A DNA stretch of 36,666 bases from the IMG/VR virus record IMGVR_UViG_3300005077_000057, positions 1-36,666 of that record; one strand, written 5' to 3'. This stretch comes from a virus. Positions 24,168 to 32,478 of this stretch are shown one piece after another. The stretch's first letter is position 1; each line of letters starts with the position of its first letter. The notes beneath the pieces are model-generated. The model searched no databases. It saw only the letters and a program-made list of their open reading frames with translations, and had not been told where the DNA came from. A program made the translations under genes and the position numbers.

Positions 24168-25948
24168 ACTTCTTGCATTAAAGCGTCTTGTTTAGGCGCT
24201 GGGGCCATTTGCCCGCCACCCTGTGGCATACCAGTTCCTTGTAGCATTGGGTTTTCTTGTCCTTGTTTAACACCGGCCAGAGTATCGTAATTCTCTCCGG
24301 TCAAAGCAAGTATCTTGCCTAACACCTTTTCAGCAGCTTGCGGGTTGGTCTGGGATAGCGTGTTATACAGGTTGGTTAATGTTTCTAATCTCTTTTCAAG
24401 GTTCACGCTCTCGCCAGTAATCACTAATTGCGTGGATACTTTCAAATTATCCCAAAACTTTTCAGGTAAATTAACCGCTTGGAACTTTCGGTTTTTAATC
24501 TTTTCTTCTACGGCCATTTTAATCGCTTCCGCATCCGGCAGTTTGCCTTTCAATAACTCGTCTTTATACATCTGCCAAACATACACTTTTTCCACTTCTT
24601 CCATTAACGCCTCTACACCCTCTTCTCCCATTGGTATCATCATCGTCTCGGCTTTGTTGTTTTCTTTTTTGAATATCGGGAATAGTTGCTCATATACCAC
24701 ACTCTCAAAGAATAAGCCCAAGTTCTCTCGTTTCAAGGCAAAGTGAGCGTTCACGGCGTTGCTCATCACCACACCTAATCGGAACGGAGTGCCGGAAGGC
24801 ATAGCTTCACCAGTCGCCACTTCAAAGGTAAATGATTTCTGGTTGCTGTTCTCGTCAATCTCATTGGTAGCGGCTTGAAACTCGGCCAAGCTCTGTGTAG
24901 CGGTATTAACCTGTGTAATGTTGCCGTTAGGCATTATCTTCAATACTTGCCCGTCTTTTACATCTCTGACCAAGTTCTTGGCTATCTCGGTGTCGGTGCT
25001 TTGGAATATCTTTTTTCCAGCCCAGAGCAAACCTCGTCTTCGCAAGTTAGTAATCATATTGCGGAAGATTTGGTTTTCAAACTGATTTTCTATCTCACCC
25101 ACACCAAGCCATCGGCCATCCACTCTTGCCCAATGAACTTCCTCGTATGGTCGTTCATCTATCTCTTCCAAGAATAATATCGTACCACCCTCAAACTCGT
25201 CTTTATCGTTCTTTAACGGAGCAAGGATAGCCATTACATCAATGCTTTTCTTGTCATCACCGTCTTCAACCTTTTGGTCTTTTCGTCTTTTATACCAATC
25301 AAGCGGAACTCTGCCGTATCTCTCATAAATAGTAATCTTTTCATCCCAGTCAATTTTCAAATCTTCCAAGTCCCAGTTTTTCATTTTCTCCAAGTCAGCA
25401 TAAGTCCAGTCCTTGTGTTCCTCAATTACATATCGGGCTTCTTGTAGGTTTTTAGCGTCTTGTTGGCAACGGAGTGTCATCAAGGGAACACGCTGTAATT
25501 CCTTGCCCACTTTTTTCATTACTGATGAGCCGTATTTCGGATAGTCAGCCACTACTTCGTTTATCAGTTTGCCAAAATAGTTCTTTTTAGCCCACTGCTT
25601 GAACTTGCGATTAAGAAAGAATGAACCCCACTCGCTGTTCGGCTCATCCGGCACAAACAGGAAATCCTTTACATCAATATCTACCTGTTTTGAAGCTACA
25701 TCTGCTTTGAACTTTGATATGTTTAGGAATACTTTGCGTTGTCCTTCGCTGTCTTTGTTGCCACTCTCAAACTGCGAATTGTAGTAAAGCTCAATCAGGT
25801 TAAGTGTTTCCCATTGAGAAAACTCAAAACCGCTTCCAGTTGTTCGTGGATTGTCTGATTGGACACCAGCTATCTTTACTTTCTCTTGAAAGAAGTCCTT
25901 TAATTCCTTTTGTAGCTGTCCGAATATGTTAAATCCTGTTTTATTCAT
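24164..25948 (-). CDS. Portal protein.
   Basis: 594 aa, immediately downstream of and overlapping TerL by 8 nt. Size and position are typical of portals. No independent motif check was possible. Confidence 0.7.
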   Translation of the reverse strand: MNKTGFNIFGQLQKELKDFFQEKVKIAGVQSDNPRTTGSGFEFSQWETLNLIELYYNSQFESGNKDSEGQRKVFLNISKFKADVASKQVDIDVKDFLFVPDEPNSEWGSFFLNRKFKQWAKKNYFGKLINEVVADYPKYGSSVMKKVGKELQRVPLMTLRCQQDAKNLQEARYVIEEHKDWTYADLEKMKNWDLEDLKIDWDEKITIYERYGRVPLDWYKRRKDQKVEDGDDKKSIDVMAILAPLKNDKDEFEGGTILFLEEIDERPYEEVHWARVDGRWLGVGEIENQFENQIFRNMITNLRRRGLLWAGKKIFQSTDTEIAKNLVRDVKDGQVLKIMPNGNITQVNTATQSLAEFQAATNEIDENSNQKSFTFEVATGEAMPSGTPFRLGVVMSNAVNAHFALKRENLGLFFESVVYEQLFPIFKKENNKAETMMIPMGEEGVEALMEEVEKVYVWQMYKDELLKGKLPDAEAIKMAVEEKIKNRKFQAVNLPEKFWDNLKVSTQLVITGESVNLEKRLETLTNLYNTLSQTNPQAAEKVLGKILALTGENYDTLAGVKQGQENPMLQGTGMPQGGGQMAPAPKQDALMQEV

Positions 25949-27227
25949 AAGAAGTTATTTCTATATTATTTCCCTTGTTATCTACTAACATTTTTTGAAC
26001 TCCGCTTAATTTTGCGGTTGATTTTGATGGTATATTCCATACAGACAGGGCCAGAGAGAACACGCAGTCATCGTGAAGCCCATCAGGCACTTCTATTCTC
26101 GTTCTGCCTCTATCGGTTATGTTGTATCTAAAACTTTGTAATTCGTTTAATAAAATATCATCGTTGGGTATTTTTATTCTGCTTTGTTCCAGTAGTATTT
26201 GTAAATTAACCAATAAATCTCGTCTGCTATTTTCGGTAAATCTATAAGCATTTACTCGTATGCCGCGCTGGTATAAGTCATCGTATATCGGCTCTCCAAC
26301 GCCAGTGCTGTCCATATTAACAAGGCCATTAAAGTATCTGCGGTATGAGGCCTCTATCTTTGTTTTCTGTAAATTGTAATCTATTTGGTTAAAGCGGTCT
26401 TGTTTCAATACTTTAAATTGTGTCATATCAAACGGCGTAATCACCGTGTAGTCCATTGTCTTGGCCAAGTCCACGCCTAATTGATACAGGTGGCCGTGTT
26501 CCTCTTTATCGTTAGCTTCGTAAGTGTTCTCCATTACTCGCTTAAAGAATGCACCAGCTCCCTCTATGAACTTACAAAAGTATTCTTGCTCTATAATATC
26601 CTGTGGGTTTGTTTTGCGTTCCTCTTCAAGGTCTTCATCGGATAATACTTTGGTCTCTTTAAGCGTCAGTATCTCCCAAAACCATTTGGTATTCTCTTTT
26701 GCTTGCTGTAATAGCTTCCAAGCGTGATTTTGTCCTCGTGGCGTGAAATTGAATACTGCCCATCCGCCATTAACCGCTAAAATCGGAGCTAAATACTTCC
26801 ACGCTTCAGGGTCAGTTATTGAATACTCGCTAAACACCACACCAACAGGATTTGTTCCGACACCGGACTTCTTGAACTCATCAGCGCCGATAAGCTGTAT
26901 AATTGAACCATTAACCAGTTCCACTTTTAGTTCGGTAGCGTTGGTGTTTTTCACCAGTTCCTTCGGTATATGGTCAAGCATTCTAAACCCGTCATTATCT
27001 ATATTGTCCCAAATCACTTTCTTTCCTTGAGAATAAGTTGGGAGAAAATAGTAATAAGTTCCGATTCTCTCAAATGCTTTCTTAACCGTGTAGTTGAAAC
27101 ATACTTTATCCTTTCCGCTTCGTCTGTTCCACACCAAGATAGCTCTTTTACAGCCGGAGTCCATAGCTCTTAAAAATGGTAGTTGATACGCTCTGGGCTT
27201 GAAATTGTAAGGCACTTCTATGTTCAT
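25941..27227 (-). CDS. terL: Terminase large subunit.
   Basis: Walker A-like VWNRRSGKDKV. C-terminal nuclease-type acidic motifs (GVDLAKTMDYTVI, DGLHDDCVFSLALSVW). 428 aa. Confidence 0.85.
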   Translation of the reverse strand: MNIEVPYNFKPRAYQLPFLRAMDSGCKRAILVWNRRSGKDKVCFNYTVKKAFERIGTYYYFLPTYSQGKKVIWDNIDNDGFRMLDHIPKELVKNTNATELKVELVNGSIIQLIGADEFKKSGVGTNPVGVVFSEYSITDPEAWKYLAPILAVNGGWAVFNFTPRGQNHAWKLLQQAKENTKWFWEILTLKETKVLSDEDLEEERKTNPQDIIEQEYFCKFIEGAGAFFKRVMENTYEANDKEEHGHLYQLGVDLAKTMDYTVITPFDMTQFKVLKQDRFNQIDYNLQKTKIEASYRRYFNGLVNMDSTGVGEPIYDDLYQRGIRVNAYRFTENSRRDLLVNLQILLEQSRIKIPNDDILLNELQSFRYNITDRGRTRIEVPDGLHDDCVFSLALSVWNIPSKSTAKLSGVQKMLVDNKGNNIEITSYE

Positions 27228-27250
27228 AATAGCTTGCTGTCCATATTTTC

Positions 27251-27832
27251 TTAGGCTTTGTTTATTCTGGCTTCGGCTATTTTTATGTAATCGGCTTCTC
27301 TTTCAATACCGATAAAGTTTCTTTTAAGATTTACACACGCTACACCGGTGCTTCCACTTCCCATAAACGGGTCTAATACTGTTGCTCCTTCACGGCTTAC
27401 AAGTTTTACTAGGTATTCCATTAGTGCGATGGGTTTTACCGTAGGATGAAAATTAGATTGTGGTTTATTTATACATTCTTTCCAATTTGGCTGCTCACAT
27501 TCACACACACCATTACCTCTATCGTATTTTGATTTATTACACAATAAACATATTGGATTAGTATTACCTCTAACAGTTAATTCATTTGCTTCTCCGCCAA
27601 CTTTCTCCAACCCCTCACACCCTCTATTCCTTTCACTCTTACTAGCTTTGGGTATGTATGCGAATCTCTTTGGTGCGGTCTTTTCTATTTCTTGGATGTA
27701 GTTTGTGATGACACGATTCGCAGAGCCAAACAATTTCAAAAGGTTTTTCGTAGTCGGGGTGGTGTCTATGCTGTTCTCTTCTAATTCTTGTAGTGATGTT
27801 AAGCAGTCATTAAGTTTTATTGTCGTCGTCAT
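27251..27832 (-). CDS. N6/N4 DNA-methyltransferase-like protein with no detectable catalytic (D/N/S)PP(Y/F) motif.
   Basis: C-terminal half HPTVKPIALMEYLVKLVS..GATVLDPFMGSGSTGVACVNLKRNFIGIE is the classic beta-class AdoMet-binding region. The N-terminus NDCLTSLQELEENSID is followed by TTPTT where DPPY is expected. There is also a Cys-rich insert (CLLCN...CECEQPNWKEC). Confidence 0.6.
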   Translation of the reverse strand: MTTTIKLNDCLTSLQELEENSIDTTPTTKNLLKLFGSANRVITNYIQEIEKTAPKRFAYIPKASKSERNRGCEGLEKVGGEANELTVRGNTNPICLLCNKSKYDRGNGVCECEQPNWKECINKPQSNFHPTVKPIALMEYLVKLVSREGATVLDPFMGSGSTGVACVNLKRNFIGIEREADYIKIAEARINKA

Positions 27833-28208
27833 TGTATTTTACTACATTGATAGTTAATTCTCTCCCGTCTTTTCCAGTATGTTCTACTCTATCGCTATAA
27901 ATATCCTTTCCTAATCTGCTGGCTACGAACTTTGTAGCGTCTAATGCTCTCTGTCCTATCTCTTTATCGTCTATGGGAATATCAAGCGCTCTCTCCAGAT
28001 TTCTTTCAGATTTCTCTATCATTCTTGCTCTACGAGGCGTAGCGATAATTTCCGATAGCCATTTAGGCATTAGTGATAATATGTTGTCTGCGTATTCTGG
28101 GGCAAAACCAGCTTTAAGAGCTGATTGCTTGGCGTTGCTAAATGTCTCACTATTAGGGTCTAAATAGAATAGTTTGAACTTTTGTTGTCTTGGGTCAAGT
28201 TCTTCCAT
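27810..28208 (-). CDS. terS: Terminase small subunit.
   Basis: N-terminal QQKFKLFYLDPNSETFSNAKQSALKAGFAPEYADN fits the TerS helix-turn-helix pattern. Lies upstream of TerL. Confidence 0.65.
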   Translation of the reverse strand: MEELDPRQQKFKLFYLDPNSETFSNAKQSALKAGFAPEYADNILSLMPKWLSEIIATPRRARMIEKSERNLERALDIPIDDKEIGQRALDATKFVASRLGKDIYSDRVEHTGKDGRELTINVVKYNDDDNKT

Positions 28209-28234
28209 AAGTTATTTTATACATATTATCACGC

Positions 28235-28465
28235 TCATACTTTCCAATCATCAGGTTTGAAACCTATTAACCTATTAAGCAATGGGCTTAAAACTCTAAA
28301 CATTACTTTATTATACCAAAATCTTCTGAATCCTACGGGGAACTTATCAAGTATTTTTTTAGGTATTAAATGAAAACAATAACCATCATCGGTGCTTCCG
28401 TGTATTCCTAAAAATAATCTTAATTTATGCTTCTTTGACAATATTATTTTACCCATTTCTTCCAT
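28235..28465 (-). CDS. Hypothetical protein.
   Basis: 76-aa ORF, co-oriented. No motif recognised. Confidence 0.4.
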   Translation of the reverse strand: MEEMGKIILSKKHKLRLFLGIHGSTDDGYCFHLIPKKILDKFPVGFRRFWYNKVMFRVLSPLLNRLIGFKPDDWKV

Positions 28466-28467
28466 AG

Positions 28468-28590
28468 TTATTTTCCTTTATAGCCACTTGCGTATATTGC
28501 TCTGGCTTGTTTTTCGGCTTGTTTCTTTGTTTTGTATATTTTACCGCTCTTTCCCCAGCGATAACCACCTTTTACTTTATGAACCGGCAT
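28468..28590 (-). CDS. Small basic protein (40 aa).
   Basis: Hand-translated MPVHKVKGGYRWGKSGKIYKTKKQAEKQARAIYASGYKGK. The ATG is 1 nt after the upstream stop. The KGGYRWG...QA.AI.ASG pattern recalls small proteins I have seen in other phages (from memory, unverified). Confidence 0.4.
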   Translation of the reverse strand: MPVHKVKGGYRWGKSGKIYKTKKQAEKQARAIYASGYKGK

Positions 28591-28591
28591 A

Positions 28592-28972
28592 TTATTTTTC
28601 TTCTAATATTTTTGGGCTGTCTAATACGATTCTGCTGATATGCTCTGCTAATCTCTCCCAAGCAGAGTTTATTTCATCTTGGTTGGTAAATCTCTTAAAG
28701 GCAAGCTCTTTTAATTCGTTAGTCAGTATGTGGGATAGTTCGTGATAAACACTCTGTCTTATTGATTCTATTCCAAAGCGTTTTATCTCTTGTTGGGCGG
28801 TCTTTTCATATACGGTTATAATAGCCTGTAAGTATTCGCCGTCAGCTCCAACCGTCATTAAGGTTTCTTTGTCGTCTTCGGCTTCTATTTTCAGATTTAG
28901 GGTCCAATGTTCAAGTCGCATTCGTTTCTGCGCCTCTTTTATGAATTGTCGCACTTCATTTCGTAAGGTCAT
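28592..28972 (-). CDS. Putative HExxH zinc metallopeptidase-like protein.
   Basis: 126 aa with YHELSHIL (HExxH) in a helical context. Confidence 0.45.
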   Translation of the reverse strand: MTLRNEVRQFIKEAQKRMRLEHWTLNLKIEAEDDKETLMTVGADGEYLQAIITVYEKTAQQEIKRFGIESIRQSVYHELSHILTNELKELAFKRFTNQDEINSAWERLAEHISRIVLDSPKILEEK

Positions 28973-29105
28973 AAATCTTAAAATAAATCTGTATATGGCA
29001 TCTTTTGCAACGCCATTGCTTGTCTAATTCTCGTTTGCATCTCGGGCATTTGATATAATTCAGAGCTTCCTTTGGATGTTTTATTGTTATCGGGTATTCC
29101 TCCAT
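28956..29105 (-). CDS. Small zinc-ribbon protein (49 aa).
   Basis: Hand-translated MEEYPITIKHPKEALNYIKCPRCKRELDKQWRCKRCHIQIYFKIYDLTK (CxxC...CxxC). It starts just after the U-tract that ends the candidate ncRNA. Confidence 0.35.
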   Translation of the reverse strand: MEEYPITIKHPKEALNYIKCPRCKRELDKQWRCKRCHIQIYFKIYDLTK

Positions 29106-29110
29106 AACGC

Positions 29111-29496
29111 AAAAAAGACCGAGTTATTTTCGGCGACCTGATTTTTTTCCCCCACATTTATTCATACACAAGCCAATGAATGAGTAAGTGCTATCGGGTA
29201 GGGTATCTTGCCAACCAACCGAAGTTGATTGCCATGCTTGTTGATACCCGGCCCCATAGAACTTACCACAGTTCAGCCGAGAAGTCGCTGACAAAGCAAG
29301 CGTCTTGCGATAATCCCAGCTAAATTGTATTAACTTCACCCCCTATGAACAGAGGACAATCCCGCTGTAATGTAATTTGCTTACCACAATGAATACAGTT
29401 TTAGATAGCCATAGCCATCCAATCGTATGAACAAGTGGCGCAGGAACTTACTAAAATGACTTGTCCGGGTTGCACCCTGGTGAAAAGGAACGAACT
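29111..29496 (-). ncRNA. Candidate structured non-coding RNA of unknown class (about 385 nt).
   Basis: A perfect extended -10 promoter lies directly upstream and a U6 tract at the 3' end. There is a 69-nt extended hairpin (29191-29259) capped by a UUCG tetraloop, with a G-U pair that only works on the minus strand. Additional hairpins lie at 29273-29291, 29296-29308 and 29429-29466. The only ORF here (29124..29339) has a GTG start, no ribosome-binding site and an odd composition. Confidence 0.5.
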
Positions 29497-29502
29497 GTAT
29501 AT

Positions 29503-29531
29503 ATTATACCACATTTAAGAAACTTTGTCAA
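29503..29531 (-). promoter_or_regulatory. Consensus extended -10 sigma70 promoter driving the candidate ncRNA.
   Basis: Minus strand reads TTGACA (29531-29526), a 17-nt spacer, then TGgTATAAT (29511-29503). The -35 element sits in the last codons of the NinG-like gene. Confidence 0.65.
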
Positions 29532-29874
29532 GTAATTTTTCGTATTTTTCTGTTATGCTTTTGTAATAACCGACACTTGGTTTTACATAATCAGATTTTT
29601 TCGCCAAAAGTGCGTTGCTCCATTTTACCCCCCGTTTTGCTATGATTATTGAAGCAAAAAAGGCCACCCTGTTAGAGTGAAACCCCAAATGACACTTTGA
29701 ACAGACCGCAACCATATTATTTTCCTCAAAGCGGAGCGCTGATGAGCTTGCTTTTGTGTGAAAATGGTGGTGGCAAGATGCTGGTTGTCCACAGATTTCG
29801 CACAACGGATGTAGTTTTATCAGATATTTTTGAAACGCTTTATCAGCTTTTGTCCGGTATAAGGCGATTGCCAT
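29515..29874 (-). CDS. NinG/Rap-like protein (putative structure-specific endonuclease / resolvase).
   Basis: KADKAFQKYLIKLHPLCEICG...CHHHFHTKASSSALRFEENNMVAVCSKCH matches the NinG-family arrangement (ADxxFSxYIR, CxxCG, HH, LRF, CxxCH). Confidence 0.5.
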   Translation of the reverse strand: MAIALYRTKADKAFQKYLIKLHPLCEICGQPASCHHHFHTKASSSALRFEENNMVAVCSKCHLGFHSNRVAFFASIIIAKRGVKWSNALLAKKSDYVKPSVGYYKSITEKYEKLLDKVS

Positions 29875-30046
29875 AAGATTTTAGGTTATATTCCGCTTTG
29901 TAAATGTTGTAGTTGATATAAGCGTCTTTGGCTTCGGTAGCGCTTAACTTCTTTTCGGATAAAAACGCTATCATCTTAAAGTCGTTTTCTTTGGCTACTC
30001 CACTTTGCCGGATTTCGTCATAAATTAGAAACTTCTTTTTTGTCAT
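29843..30046 (-). CDS. Hypothetical protein.
   Basis: 67-aa ORF, co-oriented. Confidence 0.4.
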   Translation of the reverse strand: MTKKKFLIYDEIRQSGVAKENDFKMIAFLSEKKLSATEAKDAYINYNIYKAEYNLKSYGNRLIPDKS

Positions 30047-30218
30047 ATTTCCTTCTCAATAATAAATACATTAAAAGGTCAATTATTTCGCCATACATTT
30101 CATCATCATAGGCGATTTTCTCAAAATCTTGTCCGTGTTCTTTGCGCCCCTTTTCAAACTTGGATATGGCATCCGCTTTGAATTGGTCTAAAAGGTTGGA
30201 TAGTTCGTTTATTTCCAT
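30018..30218 (-). CDS. Hypothetical protein.
   Basis: 66-aa helical ORF, co-oriented. Confidence 0.4.
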   Translation of the reverse strand: MEINELSNLLDQFKADAISKFEKGRKEHGQDFEKIAYDDEMYGEIIDLLMYLLLRRKYDKKEVSNL

Positions 30219-30220
30219 AT

Positions 30221-30358
30221 TTAATCAACAGTAGTTTTCAAATGTTTTATAACTTTTTTTATTATATTTTCAGCAGTTGAAGCATAACAAACACCATATT
30301 CTTTTGCTATAATTCTTGCTATTTCTTTAACCAATTTATCAGGATTTTTTATCTCCAT
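30221..30358 (-). CDS. Small hypothetical protein (45 aa).
   Basis: Hand-translated MEIKNPDKLVKEIARIIAKEYGVCYASTAENIIKKVIKHLKTTVD. It fills the gap exactly between the methyltransferase stop and the next start. Confidence 0.3.
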   Translation of the reverse strand: MEIKNPDKLVKEIARIIAKEYGVCYASTAENIIKKVIKHLKTTVD

Positions 30359-31611
30359 ATTTCACCGATTATGTGCTTTATAACTTCACAATTAAATGCG
30401 TTTCCAAGCGCTTTATAGCGTTGCGTATTACTCACCCCCTCTGTGTAATTATCAGATAGGGATTGTAGACGCTCACACTCTATTGAGGTGAGTTTGCGGA
30501 TTATTGAATTTTCTAATATTAAACTTTCTTTTGTTTGGCCTGTAGTTATGGTGTTTGCTTTTTCATCTTCTCTCGGTTTTAGTTCTTTTTCTCTGCGTGG
30601 TGAATAATCTTTGCCTGTTTTTTTCCTATATTCTCTGCGTATTTTTTTAGCTTTATCTGTTCGTGTTTCTGTTAGTGCCACTGCATACAACCCAGTCTTT
30701 GCACCTCTGCCACCACCATTGGCTGATAGATTTACTGACTTACCGTCTGGTGAGTAGATTCTATCGCCTTGACCACCTGAATTAAGCGAACCAACACGAA
30801 TAGCTGTTTGTGTTTGATTTCGGTTTAAACCCCTATAATCGGAAGCACTCAAGGTATGAGCCTTATCTATTTCTTTGCCGATGCCTTCTTTGCGATTATA
30901 ATTTACTCCAACTTTCGTATATACACCATTTCCACCACCGCCACCCATTGAAAAAGTTAGAATGTTTGTTTTTCCCTCTGGTTCTGCGATATGCCCTTTT
31001 GCTCCATAGGAAGTTCTGTTAAGAGTTTTTAACGCACTTTCGTTTAGAATGTATTTCTCATCCACATTCTCCTCCAAAATATCTTTCAATAAAATCCCCC
31101 TATCTTCTGGTTGCGGTATTTCTAATGTTCTATATGTTGTGCCAGCATAATCAACCCTTCGCCCCACCCAAAACAACCTTTTCCTGTTCTGCGCTGATAC
31201 TAATGCGGCATTTATCATTATCGGTTCTACCCCAAGAGCTTCGGTAATCGTGTCCTTAGCTTCCTTTGGCATACTAGCCACATTCTCTAATACAAAGTAT
31301 TTTGGTTTAACTTCTTTTAAGATACGAACATACTCCCAGAATAAACCGCTCCGACTTCCTTTTAATCCCTCTCGGTTTTTCTTGGCAATACTCAAATCTT
31401 GGCAAGGGCTTCCGCCTATGAGCAAATCGGGTTGAAAATCTACTTTTAATCCGACCACACTTCCAAGTTGTATAGTGTTTGGGTGGTTTTTCTGCGTGAT
31501 TTGAATGGCGTATTTATCAATTTCAGAAGCATAATATTCCACATCAACGCCCAACTCTTTGAGCGCCTGTTGCGCTACCGATATTCCGTCAAACAATGAG
31601 AGTATTTTCAT
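30349..31611 (-). CDS. dcm: DNA (cytosine-5)-methyltransferase.
   Basis: Motif I ILSLFDGIS, motif IV GGSPCQDLS, motif VI FVLENV, motif VIII QNRKR and motif X KALGNAFN. A long glycine-rich target-recognition region lies between VIII and IX. Confidence 0.9.
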   Translation of the reverse strand: MKILSLFDGISVAQQALKELGVDVEYYASEIDKYAIQITQKNHPNTIQLGSVVGLKVDFQPDLLIGGSPCQDLSIAKKNREGLKGSRSGLFWEYVRILKEVKPKYFVLENVASMPKEAKDTITEALGVEPIMINAALVSAQNRKRLFWVGRRVDYAGTTYRTLEIPQPEDRGILLKDILEENVDEKYILNESALKTLNRTSYGAKGHIAEPEGKTNILTFSMGGGGGNGVYTKVGVNYNRKEGIGKEIDKAHTLSASDYRGLNRNQTQTAIRVGSLNSGGQGDRIYSPDGKSVNLSANGGGRGAKTGLYAVALTETRTDKAKKIRREYRKKTGKDYSPRREKELKPREDEKANTITTGQTKESLILENSIIRKLTSIECERLQSLSDNYTEGVSNTQRYKALGNAFNCEVIKHIIGEIWR

Positions 31612-31614
31612 ATT

Positions 31615-31809
31615 TTATTCCCAAATAGCGTTTATTATCTGATTACAATTCTCCATTTTGCCGTCTATCAGTTGGCATTTAATCGTTTCGCCTGTTCTTT
31701 GTGTAATGTAGATAAAGGTATTTTCTTTTTGTGGTGTCGGGATAAGCAAGAGAATAAGAAGTATTATCGGTAGTGAAAATCCTATTGTGATGAGAGTGTG
31801 GTCTGACAT
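31615..31809 (-). CDS. Small membrane protein.
   Basis: 64 aa with an N-terminal TM segment (LITIGFSLPIILLILLLIP). Preceded by the conserved 20-nt leader. Confidence 0.45.
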   Translation of the reverse strand: MSDHTLITIGFSLPIILLILLLIPTPQKENTFIYITQRTGETIKCQLIDGKMENCNQIINAIWE

Positions 31810-31862
31810 ATATTATTTAAGTGAGTTAATTTGCTAATGACGACAGCCAAATGCTGGGTTAT

Positions 31863-32450
31863 TTAATAAATTATTATTTGTTTAGTTTGCTTTCCCCAGT
31901 TAATAGCATCTTCGTAGCTTTCAAAATAGATGTCAAAGCGGTTATCGTATTTTATGTTCAGGCGGTCTTCACAAGTGTAAATTATGCCGTCAATTTCTAC
32001 TTTTGTGCCAAAAGGATATTTTCTTGGGCAAGCTATTGCACCAACATACACATTTTTACCGGATGCCATTATATTCGGTGTAGCGTCTGTTTGTCCGACT
32101 TCCGCATTATATCCGGTAATTGTAGCGGTAATTGTGGTATGGTTGGGCAATTCTTTGGCGCTGACTTCCGGCGCAATTATACGCTTAATGGTCGGGCATT
32201 CGTAAAATGAGCATTGGTAGGTGGTAATTGAGACAATTTGCGTGGCGATAAGAATAACAGTTGCTACCATTATGCCAAAAGCTATTAAGCAAGCGAGTGG
32301 AATAATATCGGTGTTGCGTTTCCACGCTTTCCATTTTCTTGGATTTCGCCAAGTTATCCGGCCGTGTTTATTCCAGTTCTTTATCCGGAGCTTCAAGTCC
32401 GATAAAGCGGTTTTGAGTCCAAACTTACAAGCCAAGTTTAGGAACTTCAT
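31863..32450 (-). CDS. Membrane-anchored 3D-domain (RlpA/MltA-like double-psi beta-barrel) cell-wall protein.
   Basis: One TM segment (IIPLACLIAFGIMVATVILIA). C-terminal ATITGYNAEVGQTDATPNIMASGKNVYVGAIACPRKYPFGTKVEIDGIIYTCEDRLN...FDIYFESYEDAINWG fits the 3D-domain pattern. Confidence 0.75.
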   Translation of the reverse strand: MKFLNLACKFGLKTALSDLKLRIKNWNKHGRITWRNPRKWKAWKRNTDIIPLACLIAFGIMVATVILIATQIVSITTYQCSFYECPTIKRIIAPEVSAKELPNHTTITATITGYNAEVGQTDATPNIMASGKNVYVGAIACPRKYPFGTKVEIDGIIYTCEDRLNIKYDNRFDIYFESYEDAINWGKQTKQIIIY

Positions 32451-32478
32451 ATTGTTTGTGTTAGTGAGTTATACTTAT

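Noticed and set aside
29124-29339. 71-aa minus-strand ORF (MKLIQFSWDYRKTLALSATSRLNCGKFYGAGYQQAWQ...) inside the large intergenic gap.
   Set aside because: It has a GTG start with no plausible ribosome-binding site or coupling. Its W/G/Q/Y-rich composition is unlike the other proteins. Its DNA is almost entirely taken up by strong hairpins, including a UUCG-capped 69-nt helix. I treat the locus as RNA, but a small protein is not excluded.
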